In this document: in pieces, positions 1 through 11,176 of the stretch
How positions within the stretch are numbered: position 1 is the stretch's first letter
How the letters are laid out: every line of letters starts with the position of its first letter
Assembly (NCBI GenBank): GCA_964187785.1
Contig: OZ076409.1
Location: 37,698,001 to 37,762,000 of the forward strand
Direction of reading: 5' to 3'
Source of the DNA: Amphiscolops sp. MND2022
Lineage: Eukaryota
Length of the DNA: 64,000 nt
Position numbers and translations under genes: made by a program
The notes under the pieces: generated by a model
Databases searched by the model: none
Told to the model about the DNA's origin: nothing
Seen by the model: the letters and a program-made list of their open reading frames with translations, nothing else

Positions 1-505
1 TTGATTAAACCAGTTCTCCAACTTAATTTGCGAAGCATGTCAAATTGCAAGCTACTCACTGAGAGTGCCCAAGATGCTCCATGTTGATTTTCATTTCAGA
101 TATCATCAAAATTGTGATTATTTTTTTCAATTATTTCACATGTATTAAGATGATTCGTGCATTTGAGTTTGGGGCATGTTTGATTTCCTCTGGGATTATA
201 GCATCAAGTGAAATACAAATTTAAAAACCGAACGTATTAGTACAGAACGTATCAATTGATATCTGGAATTTCTCCTATCTGCATACATAGAAAAAGAACA
301 TTTGAAATTTGCATTTTTTGTTGAAGATAAGTTTAAAACAAGTTGTTCCAGAAATTTACTGGGTTTTTACGGTATAATTCATGATTATCAAGACGACTTC
401 TTTGTTCACGAGGTTTCTAGAATACTAACGATCGCCCGGAACATTCTTTTTTCAACTGTAGTTCAAACACTCTAATCATTGTATTGCCACAGGTTGGCCT
501 GCAGC

Positions 506-1230
506 TGTAACGTCCAGCAAAAGACGTCACAAAAATTCGATGAAATGTGCGATAGCAAAATTTCTAAATCAAGATGGCCGACCTGACAGGTACTGAAAAT
601 TGAAAAGGATGATGAAAAAAAGTGCAAACCACCCCCCACCCTACCCGAGAGAGAACACACCGTCACAGAAGTATCGCCGAAATCGCCGTGTTGTGCCATC
701 TCCCTCGGAAGACGTCCCAGCTGCCAGCAGAACCCGAAGAATGGCCCAAGAGATGAAGAAACTCAGAAGTTTGCATATTTTGCATGTGCCACCTAGTAGG
801 TCCAAGACCAAGGCTCGCTGACACTGACGCCTGATGTTTTCTGAATCTATTGTACCATATTTGCGGTTTTTGTAGATGTTTGGTGATGTTTTACCCCTTA
901 TTTCACCCAGTTTAGACGTTATTCACTAATTGAATGCACTTTGGCTAAACCCCTGTTTTTGGACCTCGGAGGTATGTAGGAACACGCAGGAACATTAGGA
1001 ATTGTTTTTACTGGCTTGTGGGACGTGTCCGGACTTTGAGAGAGCCGGCACGTCGCCTCGGAGCTCTAGCTGAGGAGACTCCTTAGGCGTATAGGAAAAG
1101 TCCCTTTTAGGAGACCATTTTGGGATTAAAAACTAATGTCTAGGTTGTAGTAAGACACTGGTCTCCTGTTCAAGCAATCTAGGCATTGTCCCACTTCTAT
1201 GATGTACTCTGCTAGGTGGTTGACGTTACA
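506..1230 (+). repeat. LTR copy 1 of the non-autonomous element
   Basis: TG...CA termini with a 9-bp terminal inverted repeat (TGTAACGTC/GACGTTACA); repeated at 5205 and 9904. Confidence 0.92.
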
Positions 1231-1246
1231 TCTAGAATAGTTTTTA

Positions 1247-1264
1247 TGGCGCCCCACAAGGGAC
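1247..1264 (+). promoter_or_regulatory. Putative primer-binding site, tRNA-Lys(UUU)-like (second copy 5946-5963)
   Basis: TGGCGCCCCACAAGGGAC matches the tRNA-Lys3 PBS TGGCGCCCGAACAGGGAC at 15/18 positions; it lies 16 nt downstream of the LTR end. Confidence 0.65.
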
Positions 1265-4200
1265 ATTTTTCCATCTTTTCGCCATAATTGGAGTTTTTCC
1301 TGCTTTCCGGCCCTGTTAGGTCCAGATCTAGGAAAACATTTTGGAGAGTCCTAGATTATTTTTATTGCCTTAGTCAAGCCTGGTAGGCTTTCTTCTAGCT
1401 GAATTCCTGCGTTTCCTGCATGTTTCCGAGGTCTGAGATGAGAAATAACTGTTTAATTACAAAGTACCGTTTCGACACCGTTTCTCTGTACCGAGATTAA
1501 CCATCCGGCTTAACCGGATTCTGTTTTAAAGGGTTTTGTAGTCTCATTTCAGCTTAGTTGTAATGTATTGGGACTGCAGGGACGTGGTGTGAGCGCCTCC
1601 ACTAGCTGTGACGACGGAGTGACGTCCTTCACGGCAACACCCCATTGACCCACTGGTGGATCACTACGAATCGGCTGGGTTACAATCTCCTTTTTTGTTT
1701 TTGTGGCTTTAAAAGCCTATTCCCAAGCGTACTCCCATTAGTAAGAACTGAGAAAAATACACACTGGGTATTCCGATTGTTTTCTGAAAAAATATAGCGA
1801 GCTAGCTATAACACCCTATATAGCTCTAATTTCGATTTGGTTACTTTTAAAAGTCGAAATTTTTCAGAAGGTAGTACGAACAATGGGAATACAATAAAAA
1901 CGTTCCATTAGACCTATCAGGTCAGGAACAGAAAAATTTGTTTAGCTAAATTGTGAAAAACACCGAAAACTTTAGCGATTTTTGTTTGAAAACGTCAACT
2001 TTGGACTTTGAGACGAAAAATGGTGAGGGCGAAGCCCTGTTCGTTTTTCTCAGAGCATTGCGAGCCACCTAAAATTCTTTTTCCCGAGCCAGATATCAGA
2101 AAACGTTATCGTCAAGCAGTTTTTTGAGGCCCTCCAACGAAATATTGAATAAGTTACCAGCCAATTTTCATTTTCATACAATAGCCATTTATCGGTTATC
2201 ATTAGTTACAAAAGCCAAAATTTTTCAGAAGAGGGTACGGCCAGTGGCAATACAATAAAAACGTTCCACTAGACCTATCAAGCTAGGAACAAAACTTTTT
2301 AACCCGCTAATTTACTTGAAAACAAAAAAAATTAGCGATTTTTGTTTGTGAAGACCCAAAATTGGCCTAACAGATCAAATGTGGTGAGGGCGAAGCCTTG
2401 AGCGTTTGTTCCAAAGCTTTCAGAGCTGCCCAAAAACATTGTTCCCGAGCTTGGTGGTACAAAACACTACTGCCAAGACGTTTTTTACCCTTTCCCAATA
2501 TAAATTGATAGTTTAACCCTTGACTTTCTATTGTTATACATAGACCTGAGTAGAGGACCCCATAGACCTGAGAGTTATAACATCAAAACTAATAATTGAA
2601 ACAATCCCAGTCCCGTGAATAAAGTTATTACACCTTATTACGTTACGTTTAGAACTATCCCGAACATCTGGGAACAGAGAAATGAAAAGTTGCTAGGGAA
2701 AATACGTATTTTTCACATTGTTACCAGAATGTAAAAGGTGTAACTTGAGAATTTTTTGAGAGACCTTATTTGGAACCTACCAGGTTTCGCTTGCCTATTT
2801 TCTGTTATTATAGAGTGTAACGTTACAAACGCAGAAAACCGCGAGTGATTCCAACCAGTGGTTGTTGAGAAATAGCCGAAAACGCGTTATTTTTGCGACA
2901 TTTTGGGAACCATGTAGTAGTGCTTCCAGCACAGGTCGAAATCTCTCCTAGTAGAAGCAGCCTCAAACGGATTGCACCATCGTGTAGACCATAAAAAGTT
3001 ACGTTAGTGGTGTAATTTTCGTAGCGCTAGCACTACTAGTGATTGAGAAATCTTAGCCGAAGTTTTGCTCAAAAATCGTGTGAAAATGTCGAAAAGTTTG
3101 AATTTTAGTTGAGCATAGTGCAATACCTCGCAGGTATCCCAACACTAAAATTCTTGCATTTTCGTGTGCACGGCACAAGAGCACGACGATTTGTGCAATT
3201 TGAGCAGCCGGGTACTAGCGAAAGCTGAGAAATTGACATTTTTGTGATTTTTGACCCGAAAAAGTTGTACCTCTGGTACATCAAGGTTTTATCACTTCAA
3301 ATCACCAGATACTAATTCAGGCACCTCGCCGCCATGTTTTTCTGTTACGTGGGCAAAAGTTACGCTCACCTGCAAAATTTCAGGTAGCTGGGACGCCTAG
3401 AAGGCGAGTTTGACCACTTTTTTTGAATTTCACGACATAGTCAAATTTTCAGTGAACAATGTCAAGTGACCGCGACACACACAGGGTCAATTTTAGCGCA
3501 ATCGGAGGTTTGTTCCCCACGATTCAGCCAGTGTGTTAGATGGTGTGAAATTTTCAGGTCGCTAGCAGCGCTAGAAGTGATTTTCACCTTCCCCGGAGGT
3601 GCATGTTGACGAAAAAATTGTTGATTTTGGGCATTTTTGCAAAAAATCACATAGTTTTTCTCAGTGTACGTGCCAGTGAGGGCCAAGACGACCCAATTAG
3701 CATACCAAGCGCTCTCAAGACGTCTTCTTGAATCACTTTGATTAGTGCTAAGCTGACCCTAAGATGTCGGGTCTCTGAGAAAACCGGTCTACGAGACATA
3801 GAGGTGAAAAACCGAAAATGGAAATTCGCTTCCTGACTGCTATCAAAGTCACCCAAGTGCAATCTATCCATTGTGAACATGCATGCTCGATGTTTTGTGT
3901 ACCCCGTGGGTGCTGGAGCACGTTTATAGGCACTTTTAGAGGTTTAGACTTTGAACGCAGTGCGTCTCAAAACAGAACAACAAGTACACAACTGACTACC
4001 ATAGTTGAAAAAGAACGCTTTTTCAGATCGTACTACGATCGTAAGGCACGAAACCACTTCAAACTCAGTGTCTCTCCTCCTACTCACCCCCAAGGTCTAC
4101 CCGTAGTCCCTATTTACATTTTTGTTATCACTTGTGCTCTCCAGAAACATGGCAGCATGAGTGACGAAACGAATTTTCAGACTATCTAACGTCTGTAGCC

Positions 4201-5196
4201 AAGCAGGCTTCTCAAACAATCAATGTTCGTTGCTCGATTCATGCCTAAGGTAAACCTCGGTACTCGGTACCACAGTTGCATGAACCATATCGATGTGAAA
4301 ACACCGGACAAGAGATTGGCCCGGGGAGCACCTGTACTCTGCCGAAAGGAATCAACATCAAGCATGATAAAACACCTAGAGCTTCGAAGCTCTGAGAACT
4401 GCTTGGCCTGCGGCCGTGCTTTTAAAACTCAAATGATTGCTTTAGAACGCATTTTAATTGCCAAAGACTGTTTTCATTGTTTTAATGATCCACTATACCT
4501 GATTTTTTAACTTCCCTCGGTCATAGTCTATCATCGCTATCGACATAATCATCCTCTTGAAAAGCAGTTTATTTCCATCTTTTACATATACACTTGTGCC
4601 TATGTTACCTACACACACCTTTATCTGAGTGTACACTGCTAACTCAATAGATTGAATGGGTCCTCGCTTTTGGTGATATTTTTGAATTTTTGGGATCTAT
4701 TTCTCTATTTGTGCTTTTTATTGTGCAGTCTCTGTTGGCTATGAACTACGACACTTTTGCAAGACCACAGCCGTTACTTTCATTTTTCGCTTTTCAAGTG
4801 CTATCGTGCATTTTGTAAAACCTAACCTATCAGGTGGGCCCCTGGCCAGTGCCAAACCTGTTGTGATTAGTGCTTTTTATGCAGGTGCAATAAGGTGCTA
4901 GAAATTTTGAAATCTTGGTGCGAAATTAAAAGTTTGAAAATGTTTTGAATAAAAGGCTAAGTGTCTAAAGTTGCTAACGCTATTCCAGCGCTAGAACCCA
5001 TTGTTGGTGTGGAATCCAAGGAAACCTGCTAGGCTGGCAAAAACTAGTGTTTTTGGGCAATAACATGTTCTTGGGCAATGACTTCCATTTAGATTCCTGA
5101 AGTACTGGGTCACAACAGCATCACTGGATCACTGGATGATGGCAACCAAGACGTGAACATCCACTTTCGTTTGTCGAGGACGACAAACTACGGCCC

Positions 5197-5204
5197 GGGG
5201 AGGA
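5197..5204 (+). promoter_or_regulatory. Putative polypurine tract (second copy 9896-9903)
   Basis: GGGGAGGA directly abuts the TGTAAC start of LTR2 and LTR3. Confidence 0.6.
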
Positions 5205-5929
5205 TGTAACGTCCAGCAAAAGACGTCACAAAAATTCGATGAAATGTGCGATAGCAAAATTTCTAAATCAAGATGGCCGACCTGACAGGTACTGAAAATT
5301 GAAAAGGATGATGAAAAAAAGTGCAAACCACCCCCCACCCTACCCGAGAGAGAACACACCGTCACAGAAGTATCGCCGAAATCGCCGTGTTGTGCCATCT
5401 CCCTCGGAAGACGTCCCAGCTGCCAGCAGAACCCGAAGAATGGCCCAAGAGATGAAGAAACTCAGAAGTTTGCATATTTTGCATGTGCCACCTAGTAGGT
5501 CCAAGACCAAGGCTCGCTGACACTGACGCCTGATGTTTTCTGAATCTATTGTACCATATTTGCGGTTTTTGTAGATGTTTGGTGATGTTTTACCCCTTAT
5601 TTCACCCAGTTTAGACGTTATTCACTAATTGAATGCACTTTGGCTAAACCCCTGTTTTTGGACCTCGGAGGTATGTAGGAACACGCAGGAACATTAGGAA
5701 TTGTTTTTACAGGCTTGTGGGACGTGTCCGGACTTTGAGAGAGCCGGCACGTCGCCTCGGAGCTCTAGCTGAGGAGACTCCTTAGGCGTATAGGAAAAGT
5801 CCCTTTTAGGAGACCATTTTGGGATTAAAAACTAATGTCTAGGTTGTAGTAAGACACTGGTCTCCTGTTCAAGCAATCTAGGCATTGTCCCACTTCTATG
5901 ATGTACTCTGCTAGGTGGTTGACGTTACA
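5205..5929 (+). repeat. LTR copy 2 (shared central LTR)
   Basis: Near-identical to 506-1230; preceded by PPT and followed by PBS. Confidence 0.92.
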
Positions 5930-8900
5930 TCTAGAATAGTTTTTATGGCGCCCCACAAGGGACATTTTTCCATCTTTTCGCCATAATTGGAGTTTTTCCT
6001 GCTTTCCGGCCCTGTTAGGTCCAGATCTAGGAAAACATTTTGGAGAGTCCTAGATTATTTTTATTGCCTTAGTCAAGCCTGGTAGGCTTTCTTCTAGCTG
6101 AATTCCTGCGTTTCCTGCATGTTTCCGAGGTCTGAGATGAGAAATAACTGTTTAATTACAAATTACCGTTTCGACACCGTTTCTCTGTACCGAGATTAAC
6201 CATCCGGCTTAACCGGATTCTGTTTTAAAGGGTTTTGTAGTCTCATTTCAGCTTAGTTGTAATGTATTGGGACTGCAGGGACGTGGTGTGAGCGCCTCCA
6301 CTAGCTGTGACGACGGAGTGACGTCCTTCACGGCAACACCCCATTGACCCACTGGTGGATCACTACGAATCGGCTGGGTTACAATCTCCTTTTTTGTTTT
6401 TGTGGCTTTAAAAGCCTATTCCCAAGCGTACTCCCATTAGTAAGAACTGAGAAAAATACACACTGGGTATTCCGATTGTTTTCTGAAAAAATATAGCGAG
6501 CTAGCTATAACACCCTATATAGCTCTAATTTCGATTTGGTTACTTTTGAAAGTCGAAATTTTTCAGAAGGTAGTACGAACAATGGGAATACAATAAAAAC
6601 GTTCCATTAGACCTATCAGGTCAGGAACAGAAAAATTTGTTTAGCTAAATTGTGAAAAACACCGAAAACTTTAGCGATTTTTGTTTGAAAACGTCAACTT
6701 TGGACTTTGAGACGAAAAATGGTGAGGGCGAAGCCCTGTTCGTTTTTCTCAGAGCATTGCGAGCCACCTAAAATTCTTTTTCCCGAGCCAGATATCAGAA
6801 AACGTTATCGTCAAGCAGTTTTTTGAGGCCCTCCAACGAAATATTGAATAAGTTACCAGCCAATTTTCATTTTCATACAATAGCCATTTATCGGTTATCA
6901 TTAGTTACAAAAGCCAAAATTTTTCAGAAGAGGGTACGGCCAGTGGCAATACAATAAAAACGTTCCACTAGACCTATCAAGCTAGGAACAAAACTTTTTA
7001 ACCCGCTAATTTACTTGAAAACAAAAAAAATTAGCGATTTTTGTTTGTGAAGACCCAAAATTGGCCTAACAGATCAAATGTGGTGAGGGCGAAGCCTTGA
7101 GCGTTTGTTCCAAAGCTTTCAGAGCTGCCCAAAAACATTGTTCCCGAGCTTGGTGGTACAAAACACTACTGCCAAGACGTTTTTTACCCTTTCCCAATAT
7201 AAATTGATAGTTTAACCCTTGACTTTCTATTGTTATACATAGACCTGAGTAGAGGACCCCATAGACCTGAGAGTTATAACATCAAAACTAATAATTGAAA
7301 CAATCCCAGTCCCGTGAATAAAGTTATTACACCTTATTACGTTACGTTTAGAACTATCCCGAACATCTGGGAACAGAGAAATGAAAAGTTGCTAGGGAAA
7401 ATACGTATTTTTCACATTGTTACCAGAATGTAAAAGGTGTAACTTGAGAATTTTTTGAGAGACCTTATTTGGAACCTACCAGGTTTCGCTTGCCTATTTT
7501 CTGTTATTATAGAGTGTAACGTTACAAACGCAGAAAACCGCGAGTGATTCCAACCAGTGGTTGTTGAGAAATAGCCGAAAACGCGTTATTTTTGCGACAT
7601 TTTGGGAACCATGTAGTAGTGCTTCCAGCACAGGTCGAAATCTCTCCTAGTAAGAGCAGCCTCAAACGGATTGCACCATCGTGTAGACCATAAAAAGTTA
7701 CGTTAGTGGTGTAATTTTCGTAGCGCTAGCACTACTAGTGATTGAGAAATCTTAGCCGAAGTTTTGCTCAAAAATCGTGTGAAAATGTCGAAAAGTTTGA
7801 ATTTTAGTTGAGCATAGTGCAATACCTCGCAGGTATCCCAACACTAAAATTCTTGCATTTTCGTGTGCACGGCACAAGAGCACGACGATTTGTGCAATTT
7901 GAGCGGCCGGGTACTAGCGAAAGCTGAGAAATTGACATTTTTGTGATTTTTGACCCGAAAAAGTTGTACCTCTGGTACATCAAGGTTTTATCACTTCAAA
8001 TCACCAGATACTAGTTCAGGCACCTCGCCGCCATGTTTTTCTGTTACGTGGGCAAAAGTTACGCTCACCTGCAAAATTTCAGGTAGCTGGGACGCCTAGA
8101 AGGCGAGTTTGACCACTTTTTTTGAATTTCACGACATAGTCAAATTTTCAGTGAACAATGTCAAGTGACCGCGACACACACAGGGTCAATTTTAGCGCAA
8201 TCGGAGGTTTGTTCCCCACGATTCAGCCAGTGTGTTAGATGGTGTGAAATTTTCAGGTCGCTAGCAGCGCTAGAAGTGATTTTCACCTTCCCCGGAGGTG
8301 CATGTTGACGAAAAAATTGTTGATTTTGGGCATTTTTGCAAAAAATCACATAGTTTTTCTCAGTGTACGTGCCAGTGAGGGCCAAGACGACCCAATTAGC
8401 ATACCAAGCGCTCTCAAGACGTCTTCTTGAATCACTTTGATTAGTGCTAAGCTGACCCTAAGATGTCGGGTCTCTGAGAAAACCGGTCTACGAGACATAG
8501 AGGTGAAAAACCGAAAATGGAAATTCGCTTCCTGACTGCTATCAAAGTCACCCAAGTGCAATCTATCCATTGTGAACATGCATGCTCGATGTTTTGTGTA
8601 CCCCGTGGGTGCTGGAGCACGTTTATAGGCACTTTTAGAGGTTTAGACTTTGAACGCAGTGCGTCTCAAAACAGAACAACAAGTACACAACTGACTACCA
8701 TAGTTGAAAAAGAACGCTTTTTCAGATCGTACTACGATCGTAAGGCACGAAACCACTTCAAACTCAGTGTCTCTCCTCCTACTCACCCCCAAGGTCTACC
8801 CGTAGTCCCTATTTACATTTTTGTTATCACTTGTGCTCTCCAGAAACATGGCAGCATGAGTGACGAAACGAATTTTCAGACTATCTAACGTCTGTAGCCA

Positions 8901-9903
8901 AGCAGGCTTCTCAAACAATCAATGTTCGTTGCTCGATTCATGCCTAAGGTAAACCTCGGTACTCGGTACCACAGTTGCATGAACCATATCGATGTGAAAA
9001 CACCGGACAAGAGATTGGCCCGGGGAGCACCTGTACTCTGCCGAAAGGAATCAACATCAAGCATGATAAAACACCTAGAGCTTCGAAGCTCTGAGAACTG
9101 CTTGGCCTGCGGCCGTGCTTTTAAAACTCAAATGATTGCTTTAGAACGCATTTTAATTGCCAAAGACTGTTTTCATTGTTTTAATGATCCACTATACCTG
9201 ATTTTTTAACTTCCCTCGGTCATAGTCTATCATCGCTATCGACATAATCATCCTCTTGAAAAGCAGTTTATTTCCATCTTTTACATATACACTTGTGCCT
9301 ATGTTACCTACACACACCTTTATCTGAGTGTACACTGCTAACTCAATAGATTGAATGGGTCCTCGCTTTTGGTGATATTTTTGAATTTTTGGGATCTATT
9401 TCTCTATTTGTGCTTTTTATTGTGCAGTCTCTGTTGGCTATGAACTACGACACTTTTGCAAGACCACAGCCGTTACTTTCATTTTTCGCTTTTCAAGTGC
9501 TATCGTGCATTTTGTAAAACCTAACCTATCAGGTGGGCCCCTGGCCAGTGCCAAACCTGTTGTGATTAGTGCTTTTTATGCAGGTGCAATAAGGTGCTAG
9601 AAATTTTGAAATCTTGGTGCGAAATTAAAAGTTTGAAAATGTTTTGAATAAAAGGCTAAGTGTCTAAAGTTGCTAACGCTATTCCAGCGCTAGAACCCAT
9701 TGTTGGTGTGGAATCCAAGGAAACCTGCTAGGCTGGCAAAAACTAGTGTTTTTGGGCAATAACATGTTCTTGGGCAATGACTTCCATTTAGATTCCTGAA
9801 GTACTGGGTCACAACAGCATCACTGGATCACTGGATGATGGCAACCAAGACGTGAACATCCACTTTCGTTTGTCAAGGACGACAAACTACGGCCCGGGGA
9901 GGA

Positions 9904-10628
9904 TGTAACGTCCAGCAAAAGACGTCACAAAAATTCGATGAAATGTGCGATAGCAAAATTTCTAAATCAAGATGGCCGACCTGACAGGTACTGAAAATTG
10001 AAAAGGATGATGAAAAAAAGTGCAAACCACCCCCCACCCTACCCGAGAGAGAACACACCGTCACAGAAGTATCGCCGAAATCGCCGTGTTGTGCCATCTC
10101 CCTCGGAAGACGTCCCAGCTGCCAGCAGAACCCGAAGAATGGCCCAAGAGATGAAGAAACTCAGAAGTTTGCATATTTTGCATGTGCCACCCAGTAGGTC
10201 CAAGACCAAGGCTCGCTGACACTGACGCCTGATGTTTTCTGAATCTATTGTACCATATTTGCGGTTTTTGTAGATGTTTGGTGATGTTTTACCCCTTATT
10301 TCACCCAGTTTAGACGTTATTCACTAATTGAATGCACTTTGGCTAAACCCCTGTTTTTGGACCTCGGAGGTATGTAGGAACACGCAGGAACATTAAGAAT
10401 TGTTTTTACAGGCTTGTGGGACGTGTCCGGACTTTGAGAGAGCCGGCACGTCGCCTCGGAGCTCTAACTGAGGAGACTCCTTAGGCGTATAGGAAAAGTC
10501 CCTTTTAGGAGACCATTTTGGGATTAAAAACTAATGTCTAGGTTGTAGTAAGACACTGGTCTCCTGTTCAAGCAATCTAGGCATTGTCCCACTTCTATGA
10601 TGTACTCTGCTAGGTGGTTGACGTTACA
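9904..10628 (+). repeat. LTR copy 3
   Basis: Near-identical to LTR1/2 (about 3-4 substitutions seen); homology ends exactly at GACGTTACA. Confidence 0.92.
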
Positions 10629-11176
10629 AGCCATAGTGTTATTATCAAGATACACTACGACAACTACCATCTTGTTTTAGGAAACCCGGGTGTCTTTTCA
10701 GCCTGTGTTGTGTGAACTCCAATTCTAACTCAGTTTTTTGATTTTTTCAATCCTTCATTTTCATTGTAATGAGCAAAAACTCAATGGCAGGACTATTACC
10801 AGAACGATGATCGGTTGGTCATCCCGCATTGACTGTGACATTTCATATACTCTAGTGGAACAAATGGTTTCTGTGCCAACATTTGATCGATGAGTCATTG
10901 TCGCAGGCTATGGCCTGCGGCGGGAAATACTACCAAATAACTCCTGATTACGACAACTCAATGCCTCCGACAGGGACTTTGCCATTATAAGATGACTTGG
11001 ACATGAGGTCAACCGGCAACAGCAACATACTTTCAAACACATGTCAACTCTATGTATGCTGATTGTTATACTATTAAACATCTGTACTCACGTATTATTT
11101 CAAATACAGTAGTAACCGGAGCTACACTAACCTAACTATGACCTTAAACTAACGCCAAAAAAAATGACCTTAAACT

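Larger units (their letters stand above)
506..10628 (+). mobile_element. Tandem array (LTR-int-LTR-int-LTR) of a non-autonomous, non-coding LTR retroelement (LARD-like), period 4699 bp
   Basis: Three 725-bp direct repeats bounded by TGTAACGTC...GACGTTACA at 506, 5205 and 9904. The two 3974-bp internal regions are nearly identical. PBS-like and PPT-like motifs flank them. No gag/pol ORF is present (longest ORF 123 aa). Confidence 0.9.

Noticed and set aside
1070..1105. CTGAGGA...GAAA in the LTR, suggesting a hammerhead ribozyme (retrozyme)
   Set aside because: Stem II lacks the closing G-C pair before GAAA, and no stem I/III with a cleavage triplet could be built by eye. An Infernal hammerhead search would settle it.
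3462..4510. Short ORFs (61-123 aa) in the interior of the tandem element
   Set aside because: No domain motifs; they recur only because the DNA is duplicated, and they are not preserved as ORFs in the diverged copy at 27611-28263.
10880..11000. Trypsin-like words VIVAGYG and DFAIIR
   Set aside because: Wrong order for a trypsin fold, interrupted by stops, and no catalytic His or Ser motif.
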